Below, piece by piece: positions 17,007 to 25,320 of a stretch of 32,000 nt of DNA. The notes under the pieces are model-generated. The model worked only from the letters and a program-made list of their open reading frames with translations. It did no database searches and was not told the DNA's origin. The translations under genes were made by a program, and so were the position numbers. The DNA lies in assembly GCF_936981045.1 (NCBI RefSeq), contig NZ_OW441264.1, positions 660,001 through 692,000 of the forward strand, read 5' to 3'. How positions within the stretch are numbered: position 1 is the stretch's first letter; each line of letters opens with the position of its first letter. This stretch comes from Candidatus Saccharimonadota bacterium. Lineage in GTDB: Bacteria > Bacteroidota > Bacteroidia > Cytophagales > Amoebophilaceae.

Positions 17007-19241
17007 ATGGAATCAATCTATCTTTCTGGGCTTAATGAGATGCAAAAGAAAGCTGTCATGCATACCGAGGGCCCATCGATTGTTGTAGCAGGTGCTGGCT
17101 CAGGTAAAACCAAAGTGCTAATCGCAAGAATCGCCCATCTCCTTAAAGAAAAAAAAGCAGCACCTGATCAGATTCTTGCTTTAACCTTTACCAACAAAGC
17201 GGCTGATGAAATGCGTCATCGCATAACCGGTATAGTGGGCAATGGGGCTAAAGCCCTATGGCTGGGCACCTTTCATAGTGTCTTTATGAAACTATTGCGC
17301 CGAGAAGCCAATACCTTGGGGTACCCCTCTCATTTTAGTATTTATGACACAGACGACAGCAAATCACTTATCAAACAAATTACTAAAGCATTGGATCTTG
17401 ATGATAAGATATATAAGCCAGGGGTTATATTAGGACGTATCTCCCATGCTAAAAATAGGTTGATTACGCCAGAGGTTTACGCAGCAGACCCAACCTATCA
17501 AAAGGAAGATGCCTATATGCGTATGCCTAGATTCAGTGAAATCTTTCTAAGATATGCTGGCCACTGTCTACAAGCCGGTGCAATGGATTTTGATGATTTA
17601 CTGGTACAAACCCATAAGTTGTTATATGATTATCCTGCATTAAGTGCAAAGTACCAACAACAATTTCATTATCTATTGATTGACGAATTTCAAGATACCA
17701 ATCTAGTGCAGTATAGTATTGCCAAAAAACTGGCGGCCCATCACCAGAATATCTGCGTAGTCGGAGATGATGCGCAAAGTATTTATGCATTTAGAGGTGC
17801 CGATATTCACAATATTTTGCATTTTGTCCATGATTACCCCAATCATCAAATGATAAAACTGGAGCAGAACTACCGTTCTACAAGGCATATTGTAAATACC
17901 GCCAACCATATTATTAGCCACAATGAAGCGCAGTTAAAGAAAAAAGTTTGGACAGCCAATCCCCTTGGGGCACCCATTCAGGTGCTAAGGACTATGTCAG
18001 ATATGGAAGAGAGCCGGCTGGTAGTAGATCAGATACTAGTAGAGAAGCTCAGCAACCAACTGCTCTATCGAGATTTTGCTATTTTATACCGTACCAATAA
18101 GCAGTCCCGCAATTTTGAGGAAGCATTGCGTAAAAAAAATATTCCTTACCACATCATAGGTGGACTCTCTTTTTACCAGCGCAAAGAGGTAAAAGACCTT
18201 TTAGCCTATTTGCGTTTTGTAGTAAACCATAATGATACAGAAGCCTTTAGAAGGATTATTAATTTCCCTAGACGCGGTATTGGACCCACTACTATTGATA
18301 AGATAGTTTCTATTTCTGCCGAAAGCGTACTTCCCCTTTGGACGGTCCTGGGTCACCTGAATGATTTTTTAAGTAGCACCGCTGCAACTGCTGTCTCCCG
18401 TTTTGTAGCACTCATTGATACGGCTACTTTAAAACTAGAAAGCGAAAATGCCTATACTATAGCAGACTATATGGCCAAAGCATCTGGCCTACTAAAAGAA
18501 CTACATGAAGATAAAACCGTAGAAGGATTAATCCGCTATGAACATATCCAAGAGCTGCTGAATAGCATCAAACATTTTGTAGACTACTCTGACAACAATG
18601 ATCCAAGTCTAGGCAGTTTTTTACAAGAAATAGCATTGCTTACCAGTGCAGATAAAGAAAACGTGCATGAAGACGCAGTCACACTAATGACCATTCATGC
18701 GTCTAAAGGCTTAGAATTCAAATATGTATATCTAGTAGGTATGGAAGAAGAACTCTTTCCTTCTTCTATGATGTTGGGCAGCAAAGCAGACTTAGAAGAA
18801 GAAAGGCGCCTTTTTTACGTAGCAGTTACTCGTGCACAACTCAAGTTAACCTTGTCTCATGCTTTAAGCAGATACCGATTTGGGAAATTAACCAACGTCC
18901 AGCCCAGTCGTTTTTTAAAAGAAATAGGAGACCATACAGAAGCGAAAACGATAACTAAATCTTCTCTATTGGCTACTACTGCTAAGCCGATCCAAAAGCA
19001 TCCAACCAAACTGAGCAGTTCCGCTAGAAAAATAGGGGTATCTTCAGTCGCTCAGCCTACAACCAATCTGGCTTCCCTACAAGTTGGGCATTCAGTACAT
19101 CACCTCTATTTTGGTGTAGGACAAGTTTTGAAGTTAGTAGAATCTGCAGGCATGCGTAAAGCTGTTATTCTTTTTCATAAATTTGGAGAGAAGACCCTCT
19201 TGTTAAATTATGCCAAACTAGACATATTGCCTTCAACATAG
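17007..19241 (+). CDS. UvrD/PcrA/Rep-family ATP-dependent DNA helicase
   Basis: 744 aa. Contains AGAGSGKT, LLIDEFQDTN, VVGDDAQSIYAFRGA, QNYRST, TIHASKGLEF and VAVTRA. Confidence 0.9.
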   Translation: MESIYLSGLNEMQKKAVMHTEGPSIVVAGAGSGKTKVLIARIAHLLKEKKAAPDQILALTFTNKAADEMRHRITGIVGNGAKALWLGTFHSVFMKLLRREANTLGYPSHFSIYDTDDSKSLIKQITKALDLDDKIYKPGVILGRISHAKNRLITPEVYAADPTYQKEDAYMRMPRFSEIFLRYAGHCLQAGAMDFDDLLVQTHKLLYDYPALSAKYQQQFHYLLIDEFQDTNLVQYSIAKKLAAHHQNICVVGDDAQSIYAFRGADIHNILHFVHDYPNHQMIKLEQNYRSTRHIVNTANHIISHNEAQLKKKVWTANPLGAPIQVLRTMSDMEESRLVVDQILVEKLSNQLLYRDFAILYRTNKQSRNFEEALRKKNIPYHIIGGLSFYQRKEVKDLLAYLRFVVNHNDTEAFRRIINFPRRGIGPTTIDKIVSISAESVLPLWTVLGHLNDFLSSTAATAVSRFVALIDTATLKLESENAYTIADYMAKASGLLKELHEDKTVEGLIRYEHIQELLNSIKHFVDYSDNNDPSLGSFLQEIALLTSADKENVHEDAVTLMTIHASKGLEFKYVYLVGMEEELFPSSMMLGSKADLEEERRLFYVAVTRAQLKLTLSHALSRYRFGKLTNVQPSRFLKEIGDHTEAKTITKSSLLATTAKPIQKHPTKLSSSARKIGVSSVAQPTTNLASLQVGHSVHHLYFGVGQVLKLVESAGMRKAVILFHKFGEKTLLLNYAKLDILPST

Positions 19242-19282
19242 AGCGCTTAATGAATATATTTAGGATAACCCAATAACCCATA

Positions 19283-19879
19283 ATGTACGACTATAATACG
19301 ATTCGATCGCCCTTAATGCTTAAAGAATATGGTAGAAACGTTCAGAAGCTTATGGAGCAACTTGAAACGATTGAAGACAAGGCTGTTCGCACACAAAAAG
19401 CCTATGGGATTGTAAAACTTATGGAGGTGATCAGGCCTGATGCAACATCGCCACAAAAACGGTGGGATGATCTTTTTATACTATCAGATTACAAATTAGA
19501 TATTGATAGTCCAAATCCTAAACCTACTAAGAGAGAAAGTAGTCAACAGCATTACGTGCATATACACTCTATGCAGCTGATCACATACAAATATTATGGG
19601 CGGCATATGGAGTCACTCTTGAAAAAAATAACTACCCTGCCGACGCTTAAAGAGCAAGAGCAGATGCTTATAGCAGTTGGAAAACTTATGCGTCGTTTTA
19701 GTAGCATATGGAACAACGATTATATCAATAATGAAAGAATTATGCAGGATATCAAGCGGATCCTTCCAGATGGTACAACGCTTAATGTAGAAATCATATG
19801 CACCCTACCAGATGCGGGGGCCAATGGTCAAAAGTCTAGAAATAAACCTAATCTAAAATCCAATACTTTTAAAAAGTAG
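19283..19879 (+). CDS. DUF4290-like conserved hypothetical protein
   Basis: 198 aa. The N-terminus LMLKEYGRNVQKLM and the position directly upstream of murA match the Bacteroidota DUF4290-murA arrangement as I recall it. This is from memory, not searched. Confidence 0.5.
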   Translation: MYDYNTIRSPLMLKEYGRNVQKLMEQLETIEDKAVRTQKAYGIVKLMEVIRPDATSPQKRWDDLFILSDYKLDIDSPNPKPTKRESSQQHYVHIHSMQLITYKYYGRHMESLLKKITTLPTLKEQEQMLIAVGKLMRRFSSIWNNDYINNERIMQDIKRILPDGTTLNVEIICTLPDAGANGQKSRNKPNLKSNTFKK

Positions 19880-19915
19880 TCCAACCAATAATAGGCTGAT
19901 TATAATAAAATCTAA

Positions 19916-21223
19916 TTGCGGGAAATGAGTAAATTTATTGTCAATGGGGGACATCAGTTGTCTGGTACCATCAAGCCGCAAGGTTCAAAAAATGAAGCAC
20001 TACAAGTAATGTGTGCCACCTTATTGACCCATGAAATAGTAACTCTAAACAATCTTCCCAACATTGCAGATGTGCGCAGTGTTATGAAGTTACTGACCCT
20101 GTTGGGTGTTCAAATTACCCCATTGGGGGATAGGGCGTATCAATTTTGTGCATCGCATCTTGAAAAAGATGCGATGCTTACGGCACCATTTTGCCAGGAA
20201 TACACTAAAGTAAGGGGCTCTATTATGTTACTCCCCCCCCTTTTAATCTGTTTCAAGGAAGTAGTTATAGCTAAACCTGGAGGAGATCGGATTGGGCGCA
20301 GGGGGCTGCATGCGCATTTTGAAGGGCTAGCGCAACTAGGTATTTCTTTCCATGCTGCTCAGGCCACTTGGGTAGCCCAATGCAATGCATTACAGGGAGC
20401 CAATGTGCTGGCGCCAGAAGCATCCGTAACGGGCACGGCTAATCTGATTATGGCTGCCAGCAGGGCCAAAGGCAAAACCACTATTTACCCTGCAGCTTGT
20501 GAGCCGCATGTACAGCAGCTTTGCCATATGCTGGTGGCTATGGGCGCTAGCATTTCAGGTATTGGCTCTAATCTATTAACCATAGAGGGCGTACCCGAAC
20601 TAAGGGGTACAACGCACACCATCTTACCGGACATGTTGGAAGTGGGTAGCTTTATCGGGTTGGCTGCAGCCACCCAGTCTGCACTGACCATTACAGATGT
20701 CCCTATTAAACTTTTTGCGCCCGTTTGGTATTGTTTTGAAAAGTTAGGTATTTCTCTAGAGAAACAGGATCATACATTGCATATTCCAGCCCAGTCCTGC
20801 TATTCTATTAAAGCAGAGATGGATGGGAACCTTGCAACGCTTTATGATGCGGTTTGGCCAGGCATACCCGCTGATTTACTTAGTATTGCAGTTGTAGCTG
20901 CTGTACATGCACAAGGCCATATTTTAATCCATCAGAAAATGTTTGAAAGCAGGCTCTTTTTTGTAGATCATTTGATTGAAATGGGTGCAAGACTGGTATT
21001 ATGCGACCCACACAGGGTACATATAGTAGGCCTAGGCAATAGCCATAAGTTGCATGGCATCCATATGAGTTCAAGTGACATTAGAGCAGGCATTGCTTTA
21101 TTAATTGCTGCACTAGCTGCAGAAGGCACCAGTACAATTGAAAATATTGGTCAAATTGATCGAGGATATGAATGTATTGACCAACGCCTCAATGCTTTAG
21201 GTGCGTCGATTGAAAGGGTTTAA
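19916..21223 (+). CDS. murA: UDP-N-acetylglucosamine 1-carboxyvinyltransferase MurA
   Basis: Contains GSKNEALQVM, KPGGDRIGRR and IDRGYECIDQRLNALGASIERV. The likely true start is the ATG at 19925 (MSKFIVNGG). Confidence 0.93.
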   Translation: MREMSKFIVNGGHQLSGTIKPQGSKNEALQVMCATLLTHEIVTLNNLPNIADVRSVMKLLTLLGVQITPLGDRAYQFCASHLEKDAMLTAPFCQEYTKVRGSIMLLPPLLICFKEVVIAKPGGDRIGRRGLHAHFEGLAQLGISFHAAQATWVAQCNALQGANVLAPEASVTGTANLIMAASRAKGKTTIYPAACEPHVQQLCHMLVAMGASISGIGSNLLTIEGVPELRGTTHTILPDMLEVGSFIGLAAATQSALTITDVPIKLFAPVWYCFEKLGISLEKQDHTLHIPAQSCYSIKAEMDGNLATLYDAVWPGIPADLLSIAVVAAVHAQGHILIHQKMFESRLFFVDHLIEMGARLVLCDPHRVHIVGLGNSHKLHGIHMSSSDIRAGIALLIAALAAEGTSTIENIGQIDRGYECIDQRLNALGASIERV

Positions 21224-21327
21224 TTGAATAGCAACCACCCTAGATTTTCCGTTCAGGAATTTTTAATCCAAGCAGCGGGTCTGTTCTGTTGCGCTAGCTG
21301 TAAGGGGTAGACTTAAGGCAACTTTTT

Positions 21328-21359
21328 GGTTCGTCGCGTCTACATTTTCGTTAGTAAAG
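21328..21359 (-). repeat. Solo IS6-type terminal repeat abutting the left end of MITE-A
   Basis: GGTTCGTCGCGTCTACATTTTCGTTAGTAAAG is a degraded inverted copy of the repeat at 5121-5167. Confidence 0.5.
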
Positions 21360-21599
21360 ACGTGAGTTCGGGATTATATTATTTTTTCATTTGATAATCA
21401 ATATTAATAAAAATTTATAAAATTTGTTTTATAGACAGTTAAATAGGCAGTTGAATAACAAATAATTCTGATAATCAGTTTATTATATATATTATATTTA
21501 TAAAATTAGATATAAAAACTTGTTAAATAAGTGCAAATATTAACTAAATAATTGATATTAAATTGTTGTAAATCAGTCAAATAAATCCCGAACTCACGT
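21360..21599 (+). mobile_element. MITE-A, complete 240-bp copy
   Basis: Perfect 16-bp terminal repeats. Five substitutions relative to the 4881 copy. Confidence 0.85.
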
Positions 21600-21662
21600 T
21601 AAAATAGAAAAAACCTTCTATAACTAATATATATATGACTGGTTCACAATACGTCTAATCCC

Positions 21663-22186
21663 GGAGTCTTTTGTTTTAAGTGTATAAATATTTTTTAGGA
21701 TTTATCTTTACCTAAATCATAACACTTAAAACAATGAAAAGAAAAGAGACAGTTAAAGATGGGATAAGCAAGGCCATAGATGTACTGATAGAATCAGGTG
21801 TAGACCTTTCCAGACTTTTTGATCAAGACGGCTTACTCAAACAATTAAGTAAGCGTCTTGTAGAAAAAGCATTACAGTCAGAAATGGATGACCATTTAGG
21901 TTATAATAAGTATGCACGTAGTGATTCAGAGAATGTACGTAATGGATTATCCAGTAAGCAAGTTATTACTGATAATGGCGTTATATCGGTTGAAGTACCC
22001 AGAGATAGAGCATCGATTTTTGAACCTATTTTATTGCCTAAGCGTCAAACAAGAATTCCTGGTTTGGATGATAAAATCTTATCTTTATATGCTAAAGGTA
22101 TGAGTCTGTCAGATATTCAGATTCAAATACAGGAATTATATGGCGCAGAAGTAAGTGAAAGCCTGATAAGTAACATCACAGACTCT
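21663..22186 (+). mobile_element. IS256-family element, 5' portion
   Basis: Terminal repeat around 21675. Transposase N-terminus 21734-22186 (…DHLGYNKYARS…VEVPRDRASIFEPILLPKRQTRIPGLDDKILSLYAKGMSLSDIQ…NITDS). It is interrupted at 22186/22187 by IS5 copy 2. The outer boundary is approximate. Confidence 0.8.
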
Positions 22187-23463
22187 GAGGTTGTTGCAAT
22201 AGAGTTTTAAGCTTTGTTATAAAAAGTGACTTTTAGTGTTATACAATGGTTAAATTAGGTTGATTCTTTAATCGTTTAAACTTAAGCTTTTTAATAGTAT
22301 TGTTATGGCCATCAAAACAAATAATCAATTAAGTTTTGCAGATATTTCAGCCAGTCGACGTAAGTGTAAGCATACTTTTTTCGATCAGCTTAATAAGTTG
22401 ATTACTTGGCAAGTAATAGAAAAAGAACTTTTCTTGTATTATCCTAAAGGTTTGTGTTTATCAGGAAAGGCAGCTTATAGCCCGCTTCTTTTATTTAAAA
22501 TGCTGTTGCTTCAAACATGGTATGCTCTGAGTGACTATCAAGTAGAAGAAGAAGTAAATGATCGTATCACTTTCAGCAGATTTTGTCGTATTTCCATGGA
22601 TAGTTCTGTTCCAGATCATAGCGTATTAAGCAGGTTTAGGACTGCGCTTACGGAGAAGCAGGTCCTAGAAAGGTTATTGAAAATAATTAACGATCAACTA
22701 TCTAGTCATGGTGTATTAGTTCAACATGGTGCAGTTGTTGATGCCTCTATTACGCCTACCCCTAGGCGCTCTAAAGGTAAAAAAAGCTATGATCTCCATG
22801 AAGATGGCACTATAACTGTAGCCGAAAGTTATCAAAAAGGTGTAGATCCAGAAGCGAGTTGAACAAAAAAAGGAGATAATCTCTACTATGGGTATAAGCG
22901 TCACATCCTTGTGGAAAGTAAAGAAGGCTTAGTCCTAGCAGTCAGTACCACAAAAGCATCTAGTCATGATAGTGCTCATTTACAAGTCTTATTGGATAAA
23001 GTAGAGCTAAAAGTAGGTAGTAGGCTATATGCAGATAAGGGCTATAGCGGATCACCTAATGAAACCTTATTAAAGAATAAAGCCTTAAAATCAGCTATTC
23101 AGAAGAAAGCTACTAGAAATAATCCTTTATCACCTACTGCTAAACGGTTTAATACATTGGTAGCTAAAACCAGGTATAAAGTAGAACGTGTATTTGGAAG
23201 TATTAAAAGTTGGTTCCGAAGCTCAGGAGCTCGCTACATAGGACTTGATAAAACTCATACGCAACACGTTATCGAAGCAATAGCCTATAACTTATACAGG
23301 TCGCCAAATATCATATTAAGAGGTCTTTAGGGGAATGGTCTGTCTAAAATGCAATAAAAGTACATGAAAATCAATAAATAATAAAACTAATACCACTTTA
23401 ATACCAAAAATCAGTCTAAACAACCCTAAAAATATTATAATAGAAATCTATCACAACGGCCTC
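22187..23463 (+). mobile_element. IS5-family insertion sequence, copy 2 (1277 bp)
   Basis: Ends GAGGTTGTTGCAATAGAG and ...ATCTATCACAACGGCCTC. Colinear with copy 1. Confidence 0.9.
22305..23330 (+). pseudogene. IS5-family transposase inactivated by a nonsense codon
   Basis: TGA at 22860-22862 replaces the Trp codon of copy 1 (EASWTKKGD). The downstream frame 22911-23330 is otherwise conserved. Confidence 0.88.
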
Positions 23464-23584
23464 ACATCGTAGTCCGGGAGATCTGATATGAATCCAGTAG
23501 GCCACTGGAAACTTTATTGTATAAGTAAAGCGAAATCAATAAGGGTGATATCAGAAGTCCGCGGGGTCTATAATACCGTTCGTA

Positions 23585-24964
23585 TTGATTGGGAAACCAC
23601 TCAAGAGGAAAGGGACCCTACTTCAGTTAACGAGTTTAAAAGAGTTGAGAATGTCTGATTGCCCTAAAGCTATGAACGGAACATTAAAAGTTCAGCAACT
23701 CCAAAGAACTCTATATCTCAAATCCAAGCAATGTAAGGAAGTCAGATTTTATAGTATATATGATAAAATTTATCTAAAAGATGTACTTTGGGAAGCTTGG
23801 CGTCAAGTCAAAGCAAATCAAGGTTCAGCAGGGATTGATGGTAAAAGCATAAGTGATATAATAGATCAAGGTGAGGCAAAGATTATCAATAAATTGCAGC
23901 AGCAACTACGCGCAAAGCTATACAAATTTACCTCAAGCAGGTTGGTAGAAATACCCAAAGCTAAAGGTGGAACAAGGCCACTAGAGGTAATGACCGTAGA
24001 AGATCTCATAGTGCTCACAGCAATGAAAATAGTCATTGAACCGATCTTCGAAGCTGATTTTCATGAATGTTCATACGGCTATAGACCGAAACGAGGAGCC
24101 AAACAAGCGAGTTTAGTGATCCGGGAAGATCTATACCAGCAGGCATGGGGCGTAGTTGAGATTGATTTTCAATCATACTTTATTAGCATCCCACATGAAA
24201 AGTTATTAAAACTTATTAGTAAAAGGATAGCAGATGGCAGTATGTTGAAGCTAATTAAACAAACCCTAACAACGTCAATAGTAAAACAAGGTAAAATTAC
24301 ATGCAAGAAAGTTGGAGTACCGCAAGGATCACCAATATCACCGTTGTATAGTAATATCTACCTAAATGTTATAGACCAAGTGTGGCACTCAAGGGGGTAT
24401 CCAGAAAAGCTAAGCGCAACCTTGCATAGGTATTGTGATGATGCAATTTTGGTATGTCGTAAGAGTGCTAGCTTAGCGCTGGAGAAATTCACAGAATTAG
24501 TAAGGAGGTTATCGCTCATTATTAACCACCAAAAGACACGAATAACGAAACTGAAAGAAGGCTTTAACTTCATAGGTTTTTACTTTGTAAAAAGAAAGAG
24601 TCCAACAAGTGGCAGAAATAGCATTTATGTATTTCCAACGAAACAATCCCAACAAAGCATCCGTAACAGACTAAAATACCTGACTTGTAGAAAAGCACCA
24701 ATCAAACCTCAAACATTCATCGAGCAAATAAAACCAGTAGTGTTAGGATGGGTTAACTATTTTAAACATACGAATTCCAGTGAAGCTTTTGTTAGATTGC
24801 AGAACTTTATTAATAACCGATTTCGCAGATACTTAACCCATAGAAGAAAAGGCCGTGGGTGTGGGTGGCAAAGCTATCCCAATAGCAAACTCTATACAAT
24901 GGGGATGTTGTACATTGGTAGTGGAATGATTAACTATCCTGAGAGAGTTGTGCAAGGTTTATGA
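23585..24964 (+). CDS. Group II intron reverse transcriptase/maturase (no endonuclease domain)
   Basis: Contains NQGSAGIDG, IPKAKGGTRPLEV, GVPQGSPISPLYSN, YCDD (the YADD position), FNFIGF, and X-domain LGWVNYF. The probable start is the ATG at 23651. Confidence 0.9.
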   Translation: MIGKPLKRKGTLLQLTSLKELRMSDCPKAMNGTLKVQQLQRTLYLKSKQCKEVRFYSIYDKIYLKDVLWEAWRQVKANQGSAGIDGKSISDIIDQGEAKIINKLQQQLRAKLYKFTSSRLVEIPKAKGGTRPLEVMTVEDLIVLTAMKIVIEPIFEADFHECSYGYRPKRGAKQASLVIREDLYQQAWGVVEIDFQSYFISIPHEKLLKLISKRIADGSMLKLIKQTLTTSIVKQGKITCKKVGVPQGSPISPLYSNIYLNVIDQVWHSRGYPEKLSATLHRYCDDAILVCRKSASLALEKFTELVRRLSLIINHQKTRITKLKEGFNFIGFYFVKRKSPTSGRNSIYVFPTKQSQQSIRNRLKYLTCRKAPIKPQTFIEQIKPVVLGWVNYFKHTNSSEAFVRLQNFINNRFRRYLTHRRKGRGCGWQSYPNSKLYTMGMLYIGSGMINYPERVVQGL

Positions 24965-24978
24965 AGAAGACTGTCGGA

Positions 24979-25011
24979 CCGCCGTATTCGGGAAAACTGA
25001 ACATACCTTGG
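24979..25011 (+). ncRNA. Group II intron domain V-like hairpin
   Basis: CCGCCGUAU-UCGG-GAAA-ACUGA-AC-AUACCUUGG compared with consensus GAGCCGUAU-GCGAU-GAAA-GUCGC-AC-GUACGGUUC. The AC bulge and GAAA loop are kept. There are two mismatches in the basal helix. Confidence 0.5.
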
Positions 25012-25045
25012 GATGAGAAGGGAATGGGTAAACAATGAAGAATCA

Positions 25046-25309
25046 AGTTAGTCAGCTACTGTATTGCGAGCAATCAGAAGCAATAGATATGCTTAATTTT
25101 AAGTGGTCCAACCATTTCTTTACTCTAGACCATTGTAGAGATAGAAAACATTCCTATGATTCAAAAAGGACAAGTAATCGGAGCTAAAAATCATCTTTCT
25201 ACTTTTGAGAATTTTGTTATGCTAATGGCCGAATAATAACCAATATATATCCAAAGCTTCACTTAAAAGAAAAGACGTTGCTAACGAAAATATAGACGCG
25301 ACAGAACCC
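25046..25309 (+). mobile_element. IS6-family element remnant B (transposase 3' end plus right terminal repeat)
   Basis: Degraded frame ...MLNFKWSNHFFTL*TIVEIENIPMIQKGQVIGAKNHLSTFENFVMLMAE* ends at 25236. The 47-bp terminus 25263-25309 ends in GACAGAACCC. Confidence 0.55.
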
Positions 25310-25320
25310 GCTTCTATACA

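Larger units (their letters stand above)
23464..25045 (+). ncRNA. Group II intron, 3' segment (domain IV ORF, domain V; 3' end approximate)
   Basis: Structured leader 23464-23650, then the RT/maturase ORF, then a domain V-like hairpin at 24979-25011. Confidence 0.75.

Noticed and set aside
4881-21599. Could the recurring 240-bp repeats be a CRISPR array or another tandem array?
   Set aside because: The copies are dispersed kilobases apart, occur in both orientations, are far longer than CRISPR repeats, and carry terminal inverted repeats. No short regularly spaced repeat-spacer structure exists anywhere in the window.
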